Below are positions 26,615-37,189 of a DNA stretch of 64,000 nucleotides, piece by piece; within the stretch, counting starts at the first letter, position 1; each line of letters opens with the position of its first letter. The notes under the pieces were generated by a model that saw only the letters and a list, made by a program, of their open reading frames with translations, searched no databases and was not told the DNA's origin. The stretch spans positions 54,562,001 through 54,626,000 of the forward strand of contig CM052817.1 in the NCBI GenBank assembly GCA_028534125.1, in the 5' to 3' direction. The DNA is from Lama glama (Eukaryota). The position numbers and the translations under genes are program-made.

Positions 26615-28855
26615 GCCTTTTTTTCCCAGTTATTGAGCTATTGACATATGTCATATGCCAGTTTAAAATATACAGTGGGATGATTTGGTGTAAGTATATA
26701 TTGTGAAATGATTATCATAATAAGGTTAGTTAACTTTTCCATCCCCTCAATTAACTTATTTTTATGGTGTTTATATTTAAGATTTATTCTTCTAGCAACT
26801 TTAAAGTATATAATACCATGCTGTTAGTTATAGTCACCATGCTTTCATGAGATACACAGAACTTATTCATATTAAAGGTACAGTTTGTTCCCTTTAATTA
26901 ACTTCCCCCCATTTCTCCCACTCCCAGCTTCTGGCAACCATCATTCTACTCTCTCTGAGTTCGACTTTATTAGATTCCACATACAAGTGAGAGAATGCAA
27001 CATTTGTCTTTCTCTGTCTGACTTATTTCACTTAGTGTAACACCTTCAAAATCTATCCATATTGTCTCAAGCAGCAGGATTTTCTTCATTTTTATGACTG
27101 AATAATATTCGTTTGTGTGTATACACATATATATGCATGAAAATATAATATAAATTATATATGTACTGTATTATATATAAAATATATGTGTATATATGTG
27201 TTACATTCCTGTATCCATTCTTTCATGCATGGACACTTAGTTTCCATATCTTGGCAATTATGATAATATAGCAATGAATGTGGACTTGCAGATATCTATT
27301 CAAGGTAGTAAATTTATCATCTTTAGAAATATCCAGAAGTGGGATTGCTGGATCATATGGTAGTTATGTTTTCAATTCTTTGAGGAATCTTCATACTGTT
27401 TTCCATAGTTGCTACACCAATTTATATCTGTTAGCAGCATACAAATTACCTTTCTCCACACTTTTGTGGATACTTGTTCTCTCTTGTCTTTTTGATAATA
27501 ACCATTCTAACGGGATATCTCATTGTGGTTTTGATTGTTACTTCTTAGCACTTTTTCATGTATTTGTTGGCTGTTATGTCTTCTTTGGAAAAATGTCTGT
27601 TCAAGGCATACATCCATATTTTATTTTATTTCTTAATTTTTTGTTTAAATTGAAGCATAATCAGTTTTCAATGTTTTGTCAGTTTCTGGTGTACAGCATA
27701 ATGTTTCAGTCATACATACATATACTTGTTTCCATATTCTTTTTCATTATAGGTTACTACAAGATATTGAATACAATTCCCTGTGCCATACAGTATAAAC
27801 TTGTTGTTTATCTATTTTGTATATAGTAGTTAGTATCTACAAATCTCGAACTCCCAATTTATCCCTTCCCATACCCTTCACCCTCAGAAACTATGTTTGT
27901 TTTCTATGTCTGTGAGTCTTTTCCTGTGTTGTAAATAAGTTCATTTGTGTCTTTCTTTTAGATTCCTCGTATAAGTGATATGGTATGGTATTTTTCTTTC
28001 TCTTTCTGGCTTACTTTGCTTAATATGATAATCTCCGAGTCTATCCATGTTGCTGCAAATGGCATTAGTTCATTCTTTTTTATGGCTGAGTAGTATTCCA
28101 TTACATAAATATACCACGGCTTCTTTATCTAGTCATCTGTCAATGGACATTTAGGTTGCTTCCATATCTTGGCTATTGTAAATAGTGCTGCTATGAACAT
28201 TGGGGTGTATGTATCTTTTCAAATTAGAGTTCCCTTCAGATATATGCTTAGGAGTGGGATTGCTAGATCATATGGTCTCCACTTTTAGTTTTTTATCTAT
28301 TCTTAATACAACTAATATATTTTAGTTTTTAAAGGAATCTCCATACTATTGTCCATAGTGGCTGCACCAAAGTACATTCCCACCAACAGTATAGGAGGGT
28401 TCCCTTTTCTCCACACCCCCCCCCCCAGCATTTATCGTTTGTGGACTTTATAATGATGGCCATTCTGACTGGTGTGAGGTAATACCTTATTGTAGTATTG
28501 ATTTGCATTTCTCTGATAACTAGCAATATTGAGCATTTTTTCATGTGTGTATTGGCCATTTGTATATCTTCATTGGAAAACTGCTTATTTAGGTCTTCTG
28601 CCCATTTTTGGATTGGTTTGTTTGGTTTTTTGTTATTAAGTTGTATGAGCTGTTTGTATATTCTGGAAATTATGCCCTTGTCAATCAAATTTTTGTGTTT
28701 TGCTATTGAGTTGTATAAGTTTCATATGTATTTGAATATTAACCCCTCTCAGATATTTGGTTTACAAATATTTTCTCCTATTCTGTAGGTTTCCTTTTCA
28801 TTTTGCTGACTGCTTCTTTTACTATGCCGAAGTTTTGTCATTTGAGGTAGTCTGA
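26615..28855 (-). mobile_element. Old L1 3' portion (L1MA9-like), interrupted by a younger L1
   Basis: Antisense L1 3'UTR (tatattgtgaaatgattatcataataaggttagttaac, ttagattccacatacaagtgaga) and ORF2 C-terminal remnant (27278-27610), resuming at ~28688-28855. Confidence 0.85.
27620..28687 (-). mobile_element. Younger 5'-truncated L1 (camelid/artiodactyl lineage) nested in the older L1
   Basis: ORF 28329..28688(-) encodes an L1 ORF2 C-terminal segment ([12 protein letters not shown]...[28 protein letters not shown]...[19 protein letters not shown]), followed by 3'UTR and a T-rich tail on the + strand at ~27620-27645. Confidence 0.93.
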
Positions 28856-30561
28856 GGGCCTTTATGTGTTTCCTGTGTGCACAACTCTTTCAGAAAGGTG
28901 TGGATGATCAGTTGGTCCCTTGTGGCTCCTAGTCTGAGTCAATCTGCATTATATAATTTAGAAACACTTTGACAATGTAGGACATGGATAGTACATTTTT
29001 CATTTCCAAGGTCAATACATATTTCACCCATTTTCATATTTTGAAGGCCATTTGCATTGATACCTAGAAGGGGAGATTTAAATATTGAGATTTCAATATC
29101 AAACAACACAGGATTTTTCAAATCTCTTTTAAATGAAAGTTGCCAAACATAACATATATTTTAAACATTTTAAAACTTAACCTCACATAATATATTAGTG
29201 AGAATGAAAAAAAAAATCACAGTATATATTTCTCTCTGAGGGGTAACACTCAAAGCATTTATCAATCATTGACACAGTATTAGGCAATATACCATCAGAT
29301 ATATAACAGGGAATATAAATTATGTGTGGTAACAATGTCAATAGGATAAGTTGTGGAAGCAAAACTCAATTAAGGGCTATTGCTAGGAATGGCAGACTTG
29401 GAAATGAGAGCCTTCAAGTAGTCATTTAGTTACCATGTAGAACAATCTGATTTTTCCTTTGAGAACTTTTTGTTGTAGATGTGCTTGCCTATAGATGTGC
29501 TTAGTAAGAAAAACAGTGAAAAGAGAGGAAAAAACTTCAATATACATTTGTTTCCGTATGCATATGGATGCATGCATCTGTATTTGCATGCATATATTAC
29601 CTATGAATATGGGTATGTTGTATATGCACATGAATTTATAAGGGAATGAATATATGCATAGCCAGATGAAACTAATAACAGGGTTACTCTGAATGAGGTT
29701 ATTAGCATGATGAGACTGGATATAGCACAACAGCACGTCCAGCTCCAGGTGGTGCCATTCATGAGTAGTTTTATATCACACACCTATGTAGCCAGAGGTT
29801 GCAGCCTAGCCTGGGAGGAAATTTTTTCACTGTTAATATTTTCATATATTTTAATTCTTTGAACTATGTAAATATATTAGCTATTGAAAGTAATAAGTGA
29901 AAAAGTAAATTGAATCTCTTCAGGAGAAAAAGTATGTGACTTTGAAAACAAATTAAAATTGCATGAGACTTTTATATCTGCCTGATACCACAACAAACAT
30001 TTTTCATCAAAAGAACTATTTCTTTTAGGAAAAAAGCTTCCTCTTTATAACTTTTGTTTTTTCTTATTTTCTGTAACTTTTATTCCATAACAGTGTAAGT
30101 CAAACAGCATTGTTTTGTGATTACTTCAATATGTGCATCAACATTTTTCATGGCAAAATAGTAGAAATTACCAAACTATTTAACTAAAAGAAATATAAAA
30201 TTCATTTTTTCAATAAACTGCAGTTTTATTTGATAAAGCAAATTTCATAATCTTTTGTTTTCCCCTCAAGCATTTGACTGGATTGTTGGGTTTCTCAGAA
30301 CAAGTACATGAGGCATTAAAACCAGATGCTTCTCATGAGCAGTCATTTCTCTCTAAAGACAAGCTGAACTATCATGAAATCTGAATTGATCAATTTATTT
30401 TCCATTTTAAACAAATTTCAACCTCAATTTTAATCCCAGCAGTCATGTGTTCAATGGATACTAAATCCAGAAATATCAGAACCAAATTACTTAAACATTG
30501 CTCGGGAAAGCCCATTGTGCCCTAATTTCACTCAAATTGCAAAATAAATGTGTCATTTAGG

Positions 30562-31110
30562 AAAAGTTAGGCTGTGCTGGGTTAACACACAATCTGAAAT
30601 TCTTAGTGGTCTGAAATAATGAAGCCTTATTTCTTGGTTATGCTTCCTGTCCATTTCTGGACAGCTAGGAACTACCATCGAAATCTTCCTTTCTCCAAGC
30701 TAGGGTTTTTTAATGGTGGCACTGTTGACATTTTTGCCTGGCCAACTTTTTGTTGCCTGAGGGTGGGAGAGGTCTGGGTTGTCTTGTGAGTGCTTGTAAA
30801 ATATTTAATGCAGACCTAGTTTTTACTCACTAGATGTAGGTAACATCCTTCACAGTCGGGCCAACCAAAAATGTCTCCAGACCTTGCCAAACATCCCCTA
30901 TGGTGGCACAAGTAATACTTGGGAACCACTGCTCTCCAGAAACGTGTCTGTCAGGACAGAGGGAAATAACGCATAGAGACCTGCATGTTGGCTCTTTAAG
31001 CATCTGCCTGGGAATGAGTCACACCATTTCTGCTTAAGTTTGGTTGGCCAAAACATGGCCATATTTAGCTTCCTGGAGAGAGGGAAGTACAATCCTACCA
31101 AGTTCTCGTG
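30562..31110 (-). mobile_element. MaLR solo LTR (MLT1J-like), split by MER20
   Basis: agttaggctgtgctgggttaacacac...cttagtggtctgaaa before the insertion; ttggccaaaacatggcc...gggaagtacaatcctacc after it. Confidence 0.7.
30699..30932. mobile_element. MER20 DNA transposon (hAT-Charlie)
   Basis: ggcactgttgacattttt, ctcactagatg, aaccaaaaatgtctccagaccttgccaaacatcccct, ttgggaaccactg. Confidence 0.88.
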
Positions 31111-31240
31111 AGGAGAAAAAAAAAATTAGGATGCCAGCACTGATTATCAGAGTTCTGTTGTATGTTTTGATAAGGAAATGAGTATCTTTGCTTTTCCCCA
31201 TAAGTTGTATATTTTCAGCAATGGATCATTGACTTTCACA

Positions 31241-31384
31241 AGTTTGTTTTTTTGTTTTGTTTGTTTGTTTGTTTTGCGGGAAAGTAATTAGGTTTATTTA
31301 TTTTTAGAGGAAGTACTGGGGATTGAACCTAGGACCTCCTGCGTGCTAAGTATGCAGTCTACCACTTGAGCTATACCTTCCCTC
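31241..31384 (-). mobile_element. tRNA-derived SINE, camelid Vic-1-like
   Basis: The reverse complement reads GG..GGTATAGCTCAAGTGGTAGA (A box)...GCTTAGCACGCAGGAGGTCCTAGGTTCAATCCCCAGTAC (B box)...AATAAATAAACCTAATTAC plus an A-rich tail, matching the recalled Vic-1 consensus. Confidence 0.85.
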
Positions 31385-31619
31385 CTAGACTTTAGTCATT
31401 AACAGTTTCATATATATGTGTATATGCAATAGAGCAACTATTTCCCATATCTTTGGGGTATATTAGAAAATAATTACTAAAAAACTAGTGATGATACACT
31501 AGTTTATAAAAGTTATAAAGGAATACCATATTATCCTCAGCACATTTTGTGTTGAATGTTTACCATACTAGGAACTGCCCTAAGGCCTTAGGTTCACAAA
31601 AGGTAAAAGGGAAAGAACA

Positions 31620-31835
31620 AACATTTTTTTAGCATTATGAAAGATGATTTTTATGTATATCATATTTAATTCTCCAAAAGTTTTTTGAAGGAGGTATCAT
31701 TACATGCCTTATATCGTTGAACATTCTGAGCATCAGAGAATTTGAGTTGTGACTACATTTATTGAGTTAGTAAGAAACAGACTCTGAATTCAAATTCTGG
31801 AGCCCTCTGTCCAACTCTGTGCTCTCTTTATTATA
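31620..31835 (-). mobile_element. MIR SINE
   Basis: catatttaattctccaa...gaaggaggtatcatta...ctgagcatcagaga...gagttagtaag...tgaattcaaat. Confidence 0.6.
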
Positions 31836-32150
31836 TTATATCTTGACCTGGTAGCCTCCACATTCAAGAAGTTTATAGTTTATTTAGATGTGACATATAT
31901 GCAAAAATGTCTTAACAACAGAATGTTTAGAGGAGTTATCTCCTTGTGCTTGAGGTTATCCTAAAAGTTGGAAGAATCTGTTGTCTCGTAAATTTAGGAA
32001 TGATATTAAATGTCATTCAGTTAAATCATTCGTTTAAAAAAATGTAGATGAACTATATAATTATTTTTAATCCAAATTTCTGGTTACTTATATACAAAAT
32101 ATTTAAAACTTATAAAAATATCATAAGGTATAATCATATTGTCTGGTGTC

Positions 32151-32790
32151 TTTTTATAGTTTAATATATTTTAATAACAAATTTACCAAACAGAGAACAC
32201 TGAAAACATGTACTTGCTTGTAAGACAACTCAGAAAAGTATGGTGAATCTACTGTATGATAAAAATGCTATAAACACCATTTAACTGCCACCAGTAAAAA
32301 ATTCACTTGTTTAAAAAAACCCAAATGCTGACATTGTCCAGAAAAATGTAACAGGCTTATTTATAATTGTAAAATTGAACTGCTGAAGCTTCTTCACTGA
32401 AACTTTTTCACTTGCATTAATACTTTACATCCTGTACTCATATTAACAGTCCACATGCAAATGAAAGTGAATAAACTGCTAATACCTGATTTGTGGCTCC
32501 TATTTTTCCACTTACAGTCATATACACTTAGGTGCTTTTTGACTCCATGGGTATCACCGTTAAGAAGTACCAATAACAGGAAGAAGAGAAAACTGTTTTT
32601 GAGAACTTGATAGTCAGAGTATAATGGTCTCTCATTAAGAAGGCCTCTCCTGCAGGTGCAGGAAAGGCGCGCGTGCACTCCAGTAGCACCGGAGCTGCAT
32701 CTGGGCGTCCTTCAGGACCAGGTAGATCATGGAGAGTTTGACATACTAGTGACTCCTTTGCACGTGTCATTTTCAGAGACTGATTTGTCC
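32151..32790 (-). pseudogene. H3F3A: H3.3 (H3F3A/H3-3A) processed pseudogene: complete 3'UTR, collapsed coding part
   Basis: The minus strand of 32151-32610 matches the recalled H3F3A 3'UTR along its length (tttctcttcttcctgttattggt, gtggaaaaatagg, aaatcaggtatt, tttttctggacaatg.cagcatttgg, agcatttttatcatacagtagatt, gcaagtacatgtttt, attaaactataaaaa). Upstream lies gtctctgaaaATGACACGTGCAAAG, similar to gtctctgtaccATGGCTCGTACAAAG. Confidence 0.85.
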
Positions 32791-32807
32791 ACTCTGATTG
32801 ACCTGAG

Positions 32808-33075
32808 AGCCTCTTTGGAGGACAGTTTGGTAGTTCCTGAAAAAAAATAAACATAGAGTTACTGTATGATTCAACCATTCCACCCCTAGTTATATGCTCA
32901 AGAGAACTGAGAACAGATCCACGCTGAATGTGTCCATACTGATAGTCATACCAGTGTGATTCATGACAGTCAAAAAGTGGAAACAATTCAAATGTTTATC
33001 AACTAATTTATGGATAAACAAAATGTGGTGTATATATACGGTGGAATTTTATTTATTATTTAGCCATAAAAAGAA
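32808..33075 (+). mobile_element. Old L1 (L1M) ORF2-end/3'UTR fragment
   Basis: ctttggaggacagtttggtagttcct...aaacatagagttactgtatgattcaaccattccacccctag, tggataaacaaaatgtggtgtatat. Confidence 0.85.
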
Positions 33076-33197
33076 TTTAATCATTTTTTCCTGTCAAGTT
33101 TGCATTTTATTGGGCATGGATTTAAAAAGCTTGGAAAAGGGTCTAAATTTTTCCTTTACTTTCTTTTACTGACATTTGGAAATGTTCTTGTAAAGAT

Positions 33198-34030
33198 GTG
33201 TATCAGTTAGGGTTCTTTGGTTGCTAATAGTTGAAACTGACTCATCTAATTTAAGTAAAAGAGTAGTTTGTTGAAAATACATAGTGAAGCTCACACAATT
33301 GACAGGAAAAATCTGAGCAACCAAATTTTGAAAAGGAGAGAAACTAGGGCAGCTTCAAGTATCAGAAAAATCCCCCATTCTTTTCTTTAAGGAGGTTCAA
33401 AAAAATTGTTTTTTTTTAACCCCCAAATAAAAGGTCTCACACATTACTGAGCCTACCTAGTTGTACAGAAACATAGAAACAAAGAGGAAAATCATTATTT
33501 TACCACTAAAACAAGTCCAACTGTCCAGATAGTGGTGACCTTTTAGCTGGTTAAGGTGAGATGCTAGTGACCTTGATACAACATCAACATGTGGGCCATC
33601 TCATATGCAGTTCCTTATAGACACAACTTGGTTCTTCTCCAGCATCTCCTCTTGTCACTGTAGTGATTTTGTTACTAGTCTTCATCTGAATCCACTGGGG
33701 AATGGGATTGTTCTGCTTTTGTTTTGTCCAGCAATCTCTTGATCCTGAAAGTCTTGAGAGAAGACATGGTGAAGAATGGAGTCAACCACATACATCTTGA
33801 TGAAGGAAAGAAGGGGCAACTTCAGCTGTTTTTTAACTTATGTCATTCTGCTCAAGACACAAACACTCAGGAGAGATTCTGATTGATCTAGTTTAGGTCA
33901 TATGACAGTCTTTGGCCAAGGGAGTTTGACTGTCCTACCTAAATTGCATGAAAGAAGGTGGGGTAGTTTCTCAAAAGACATTCAGGGAGCTCTACCCCAG
34001 GAAGGTGTCAGGTGACAAAATTGCCTCTGA
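33198..34030 (-). mobile_element. MaLR solo LTR (MLT1K-like), interrupted by the RPL39 retrocopy
   Basis: tgtatcagttagggttctttggttgctaa...aaactgactc...aatttaagtaaaag (33198-33370); resumes gagagattctgattgatctagtttaggtcatatg (33870+). Confidence 0.7.
33409..33816 (-). pseudogene. RPL39: RPL39 (60S ribosomal protein L39) full-length processed pseudogene
   Basis: Minus strand: pyrimidine 5' end, then ATG at 33767. With frameshift correction the CDS reads MSSLKTFRIKRLL..(fs)KQKQNNPIPQWIQMKTSNKI(fs)YSDKRRCWRRTKLCL*, stop at 33615, versus the recalled RPL39 [51 protein letters not shown]. It is intronless, has an RPL39-like 3'UTR and an A9 tail (T run 33409-33417), and two frameshifts give a premature TAG. 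Confidence 0.95.
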
Positions 34031-34914
34031 ACTGGCATCATTCCATGTACATGTTACATCATTTCCAAGCTCATCAAACACCAGCAGTAACCACTAATAA
34101 GAAGTCATCAGAAAAGGTGCAGTTTCACCAGACGGGGAAATAAATTATATCTCTTAATTTCACTTTAGTTTATTAACTGTCCACAAGTGGACAGGAAACT
34201 TACCATTCTCTAAAATTTAGAGAAGTGTGGAGCAGACAATTTTAGTGTAGTTGGTTCAGATGGGAGAGAGTCCTCCTCTGGGATATAAAAAATAAAACAA
34301 AATAAAGCAAAGCACATTGCTTAGAGCACTAAAGCAATATAGTAATTGCTTAAAAAAGGTATTTTGCAACCAGTTAGCTCATATATAATTTGGTATACTA
34401 CTAATGTTTACCCACATACACAGGGAATTTTGCTCTGCTACCAGGTAGTGACACTGCTTCATTAAAGGGGCAGAAGCCAAGACATTCTTACTTTGTCATT
34501 TTTTTTCTTTAATGATATTGCAAAAATGATCATGTTTTTAGAGCTCATGAGTTCCTAGATAATAGGCTATTACTTTTAAAAATTCATGTATGTTCTGATG
34601 GAGACCAGGACTTTTTGGATGTAAAAAAATTCAAATATTATAATTATTTTTGCATATCTTGCTTTTATCCATGCACTTAATTTATCCTTATCTACATTTT
34701 CATCTTTTTCTTAACAGTTATTCAGAAAACTCCAGGAAATGACTATTTCCTAAAGTACACATGTTAGCAGTGCTGAGAACTGGTAAAATTTACTTTATAG
34801 GGTCCACAATTTATCATATGTTTTCTTTTATAGTTTATTTCTTCATGCAAGCTTCTTGAGGGCAGCAAAAATTTATATAATTCTCTAATATCTAAAAACA
34901 TTTTAAATGATAAT

Positions 34915-35085
34915 AGTTATACGTAACTATGTGAAATTTCTTATATATTCATCCTATGAGGTAGGCAATATTGTCACCTCTGGTTATAGATGAGGAATTT
35001 GGGGCTTAGAAAAGCTGCTTATATTACACAAGCATAGAAGTCTTAAATTTCAAATATAGGGAGTTTGACTCCAGGGCCTTAATGT
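34915..35085 (-). mobile_element. MIR SINE
   Basis: atcctatgaggtaggcaatattgtcacctc...tatagatgaggaatttggggcttaga...gtttgactccag. Confidence 0.75.
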
Positions 35086-35599
35086 TTTTTAAATTATAAA
35101 GACCTCTGCTTTAACTTGATCCTAAACATATATTAGATACTTCATAAGTACCTGTTGAGTTGAATGGAATGACTTTATATCCTCATCAATTAGAATATTT
35201 GTTAACTCAACAATTTCCATCACTCTGGATAAAGAAGAATTGCAAGCTCTGCGGATTCCTTTAATGATAAAACGTGCTTATTTATCTACATCAGTCAATA
35301 TTCTGTTAAAAGGAAAGCTCCCTTTCATGAGAAGAACAGGAGCCAGTAGCAATGGTATTTCAATAATATTTTAGAAGGAAGCATTTATCACTGAAAAAAT
35401 GAATACTTTCTCATTAGGAACTGCAGAAACCATTCCATATTCCGTAGACACAGCAGGTGGTTCCCAGAGACACTGACAGTCAATAAGCTTCAAGAAGAGC
35501 AAATAGCAACCAGTCTCCCAAGTCTGAGTGTCTCTCAGCAATGGAAATGGAAGCAGTTACTTCAAGTACATAGGGGGTAAAACAAAATCCAGCACTTAC

Positions 35600-35626
35600 C
35601 AGTTTTCCAGGCTCCTGGGTCTTCAC
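35600..35626 (-). other. Candidate 27-nt microexon of an unidentified minus-strand host gene
   Basis: Minus strand reads tgtttgtttttcattgtcacag|GTGAAGACCCAGGAGCCTGGAAAACTG|gtaagt: a good acceptor, a consensus donor and a frame-preserving length, in apparently repeat-free flanks. Confidence 0.45.
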
Positions 35627-36194
35627 CTGTGACAATGAAAAACAAACACCATTCACAAATGAGTGTGAAGAAAGAGCAGCAGTGAAACTGAAGAGGAGGG
35701 GAAAAAATGAATTGTTTTGGGAGAGTGAATGTGAGGTGAACACAGGTCCTTGGAGTGATGTGCTTTGAAAGAAGTATTTGAAACCATGTTCACAGGTTAA
35801 AAAAGAAATATCAGTAACCAAATAGAAAGTCCACTAATAGTAGGATACAAATGTAAAGTTTTATATCATCTCTTATTAAATGACCTCATGTTATTTTCTG
35901 TTATACTTACAGACGAAATGTTTTGCCATCAAAGGAGCATCACACATTGACACTTGCACTGTATTTCCTAGACTCTACTTTTGAAGTAATGTGCTGGATT
36001 TAGGATGCATTATGTTTCCCAATGTCTCCCTAGCGTTAACTAAATCTGCATTTCTTGCTATTGTTCCATTTGTAGGTATTTCAGGTATTAAACATAGCTT
36101 GTAGAATCCTAAATTGAATTAAATTTAAGTATGTACCATTTGAGAAGTTTCTTTTAAACACTGTAGTTCATGTTCATTGAGGTTATTTAAAGAT

Positions 36195-36800
36195 GGCAGG
36201 GTCGGTTAAGGAGACAGAAACCATACCAGTAATTTGAAAAGCATTAATAAGTTATGAAGTGGGACTAACTGCTAAGAGGGAGTAAAGAGAACCCTAGAGA
36301 ATATTGGGATAGTATATTTAGGTTTGAGGGAGTATACTTAAGGAAGGAATAAACTTGAAAGATACAGTACACAATAGTGCTGAGACTCAGTCTTTACAGG
36401 GAGTATGCAGCTGTGGAACACTGAATGAAGGAGGTTTGCTGAGGTGTCACAGGCTATGGCTGGTGAGAAGAAAACACCCATTGGAGTTCCAGGGAAATTC
36501 TCTAGGTAGCTGTCCATTTTGATTCTGCAAAATGTGCTAGGAAGCAACGTGCTATGTTGGTGATGGAATTACCTAGAAAGTGTCAGGATACTATGCACTG
36601 GGGTGCTGATAAGACTTTCTAGGAAGGTGTTGCTGGGATGCCGATGAGAAGCGGTTAAAGTTCAAGACATCCAAGTTAGAGGGTCTCAGTGGAAACCTCA
36701 GGTTTCCCATTGAATCCCAAGTAGGTTATCAGAAACCCACAGATAACTCAGATGTTGCAATAGCTGATCCAGCACTTCCCAATTTGTGATTACACGTAAG
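36195..36800. mobile_element. Ancient LTR-like remnant (LTR78/79-like)
   Basis: Terminal motif gcagggtcggttaaggagacagaaaccataccagtaattt; family uncertain. Confidence 0.45.
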
Positions 36801-36952
36801 TGAATGGAAAATACTACAGAAAACAACAGTCTTACCGGGATGAAATGACACAAGTTGAAGTTTGGATCTACCAGATGACTGGAGATTGAAAATGAAAAAT
36901 TACTGTGACTTCTTTCCTTTCTATTTTATAACAGTTAAGAAAGTATACCATC

Positions 36953-37170
36953 TGTGGCAGTTATCAAAAGAAGCCCTGAATTATGATACTGGAACTGGAC
37001 CTTACAAACATTTTTTTCCTTACCAGCTGACATAAAGTTAGACCCTGTCAACAAAGGGTTCTGGTAGGACACTGTAGAAAGAAAGTCATCTTTTATGGAT
37101 CCTTATGGTTTTATTTTTGCTCTTACAGTGCTGCAGCCAGTAAGTAGTTTACTATAGGTGACCCAGTGAC
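36953..37170 (+). mobile_element. ERVL LTR fragment (LTR40-like)
   Basis: tgtggcagtt...tactggaactggaccttacaaacatttttttccttaccagctg...gttagaccctgtcaacaaaggg. Confidence 0.45.
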
Positions 37171-37189
37171 ACATATGTAAGCTCAAGAT

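Noticed and set aside
27278..27826. 182-aa hydrophobic ORF resembling a membrane protein
   Set aside because: It is the antisense reading of T-rich L1 sequence spanning two elements.
31300..31380. tRNA gene
   Set aside because: It has A/B boxes but continues into a SINE tail and lacks a clean acceptor stem, so it is a tRNA-derived SINE.
33615..33767. Functional RPL39/RPL39L retrogene
   Set aside because: A frameshift after about codon 14 leads to a premature TAG.
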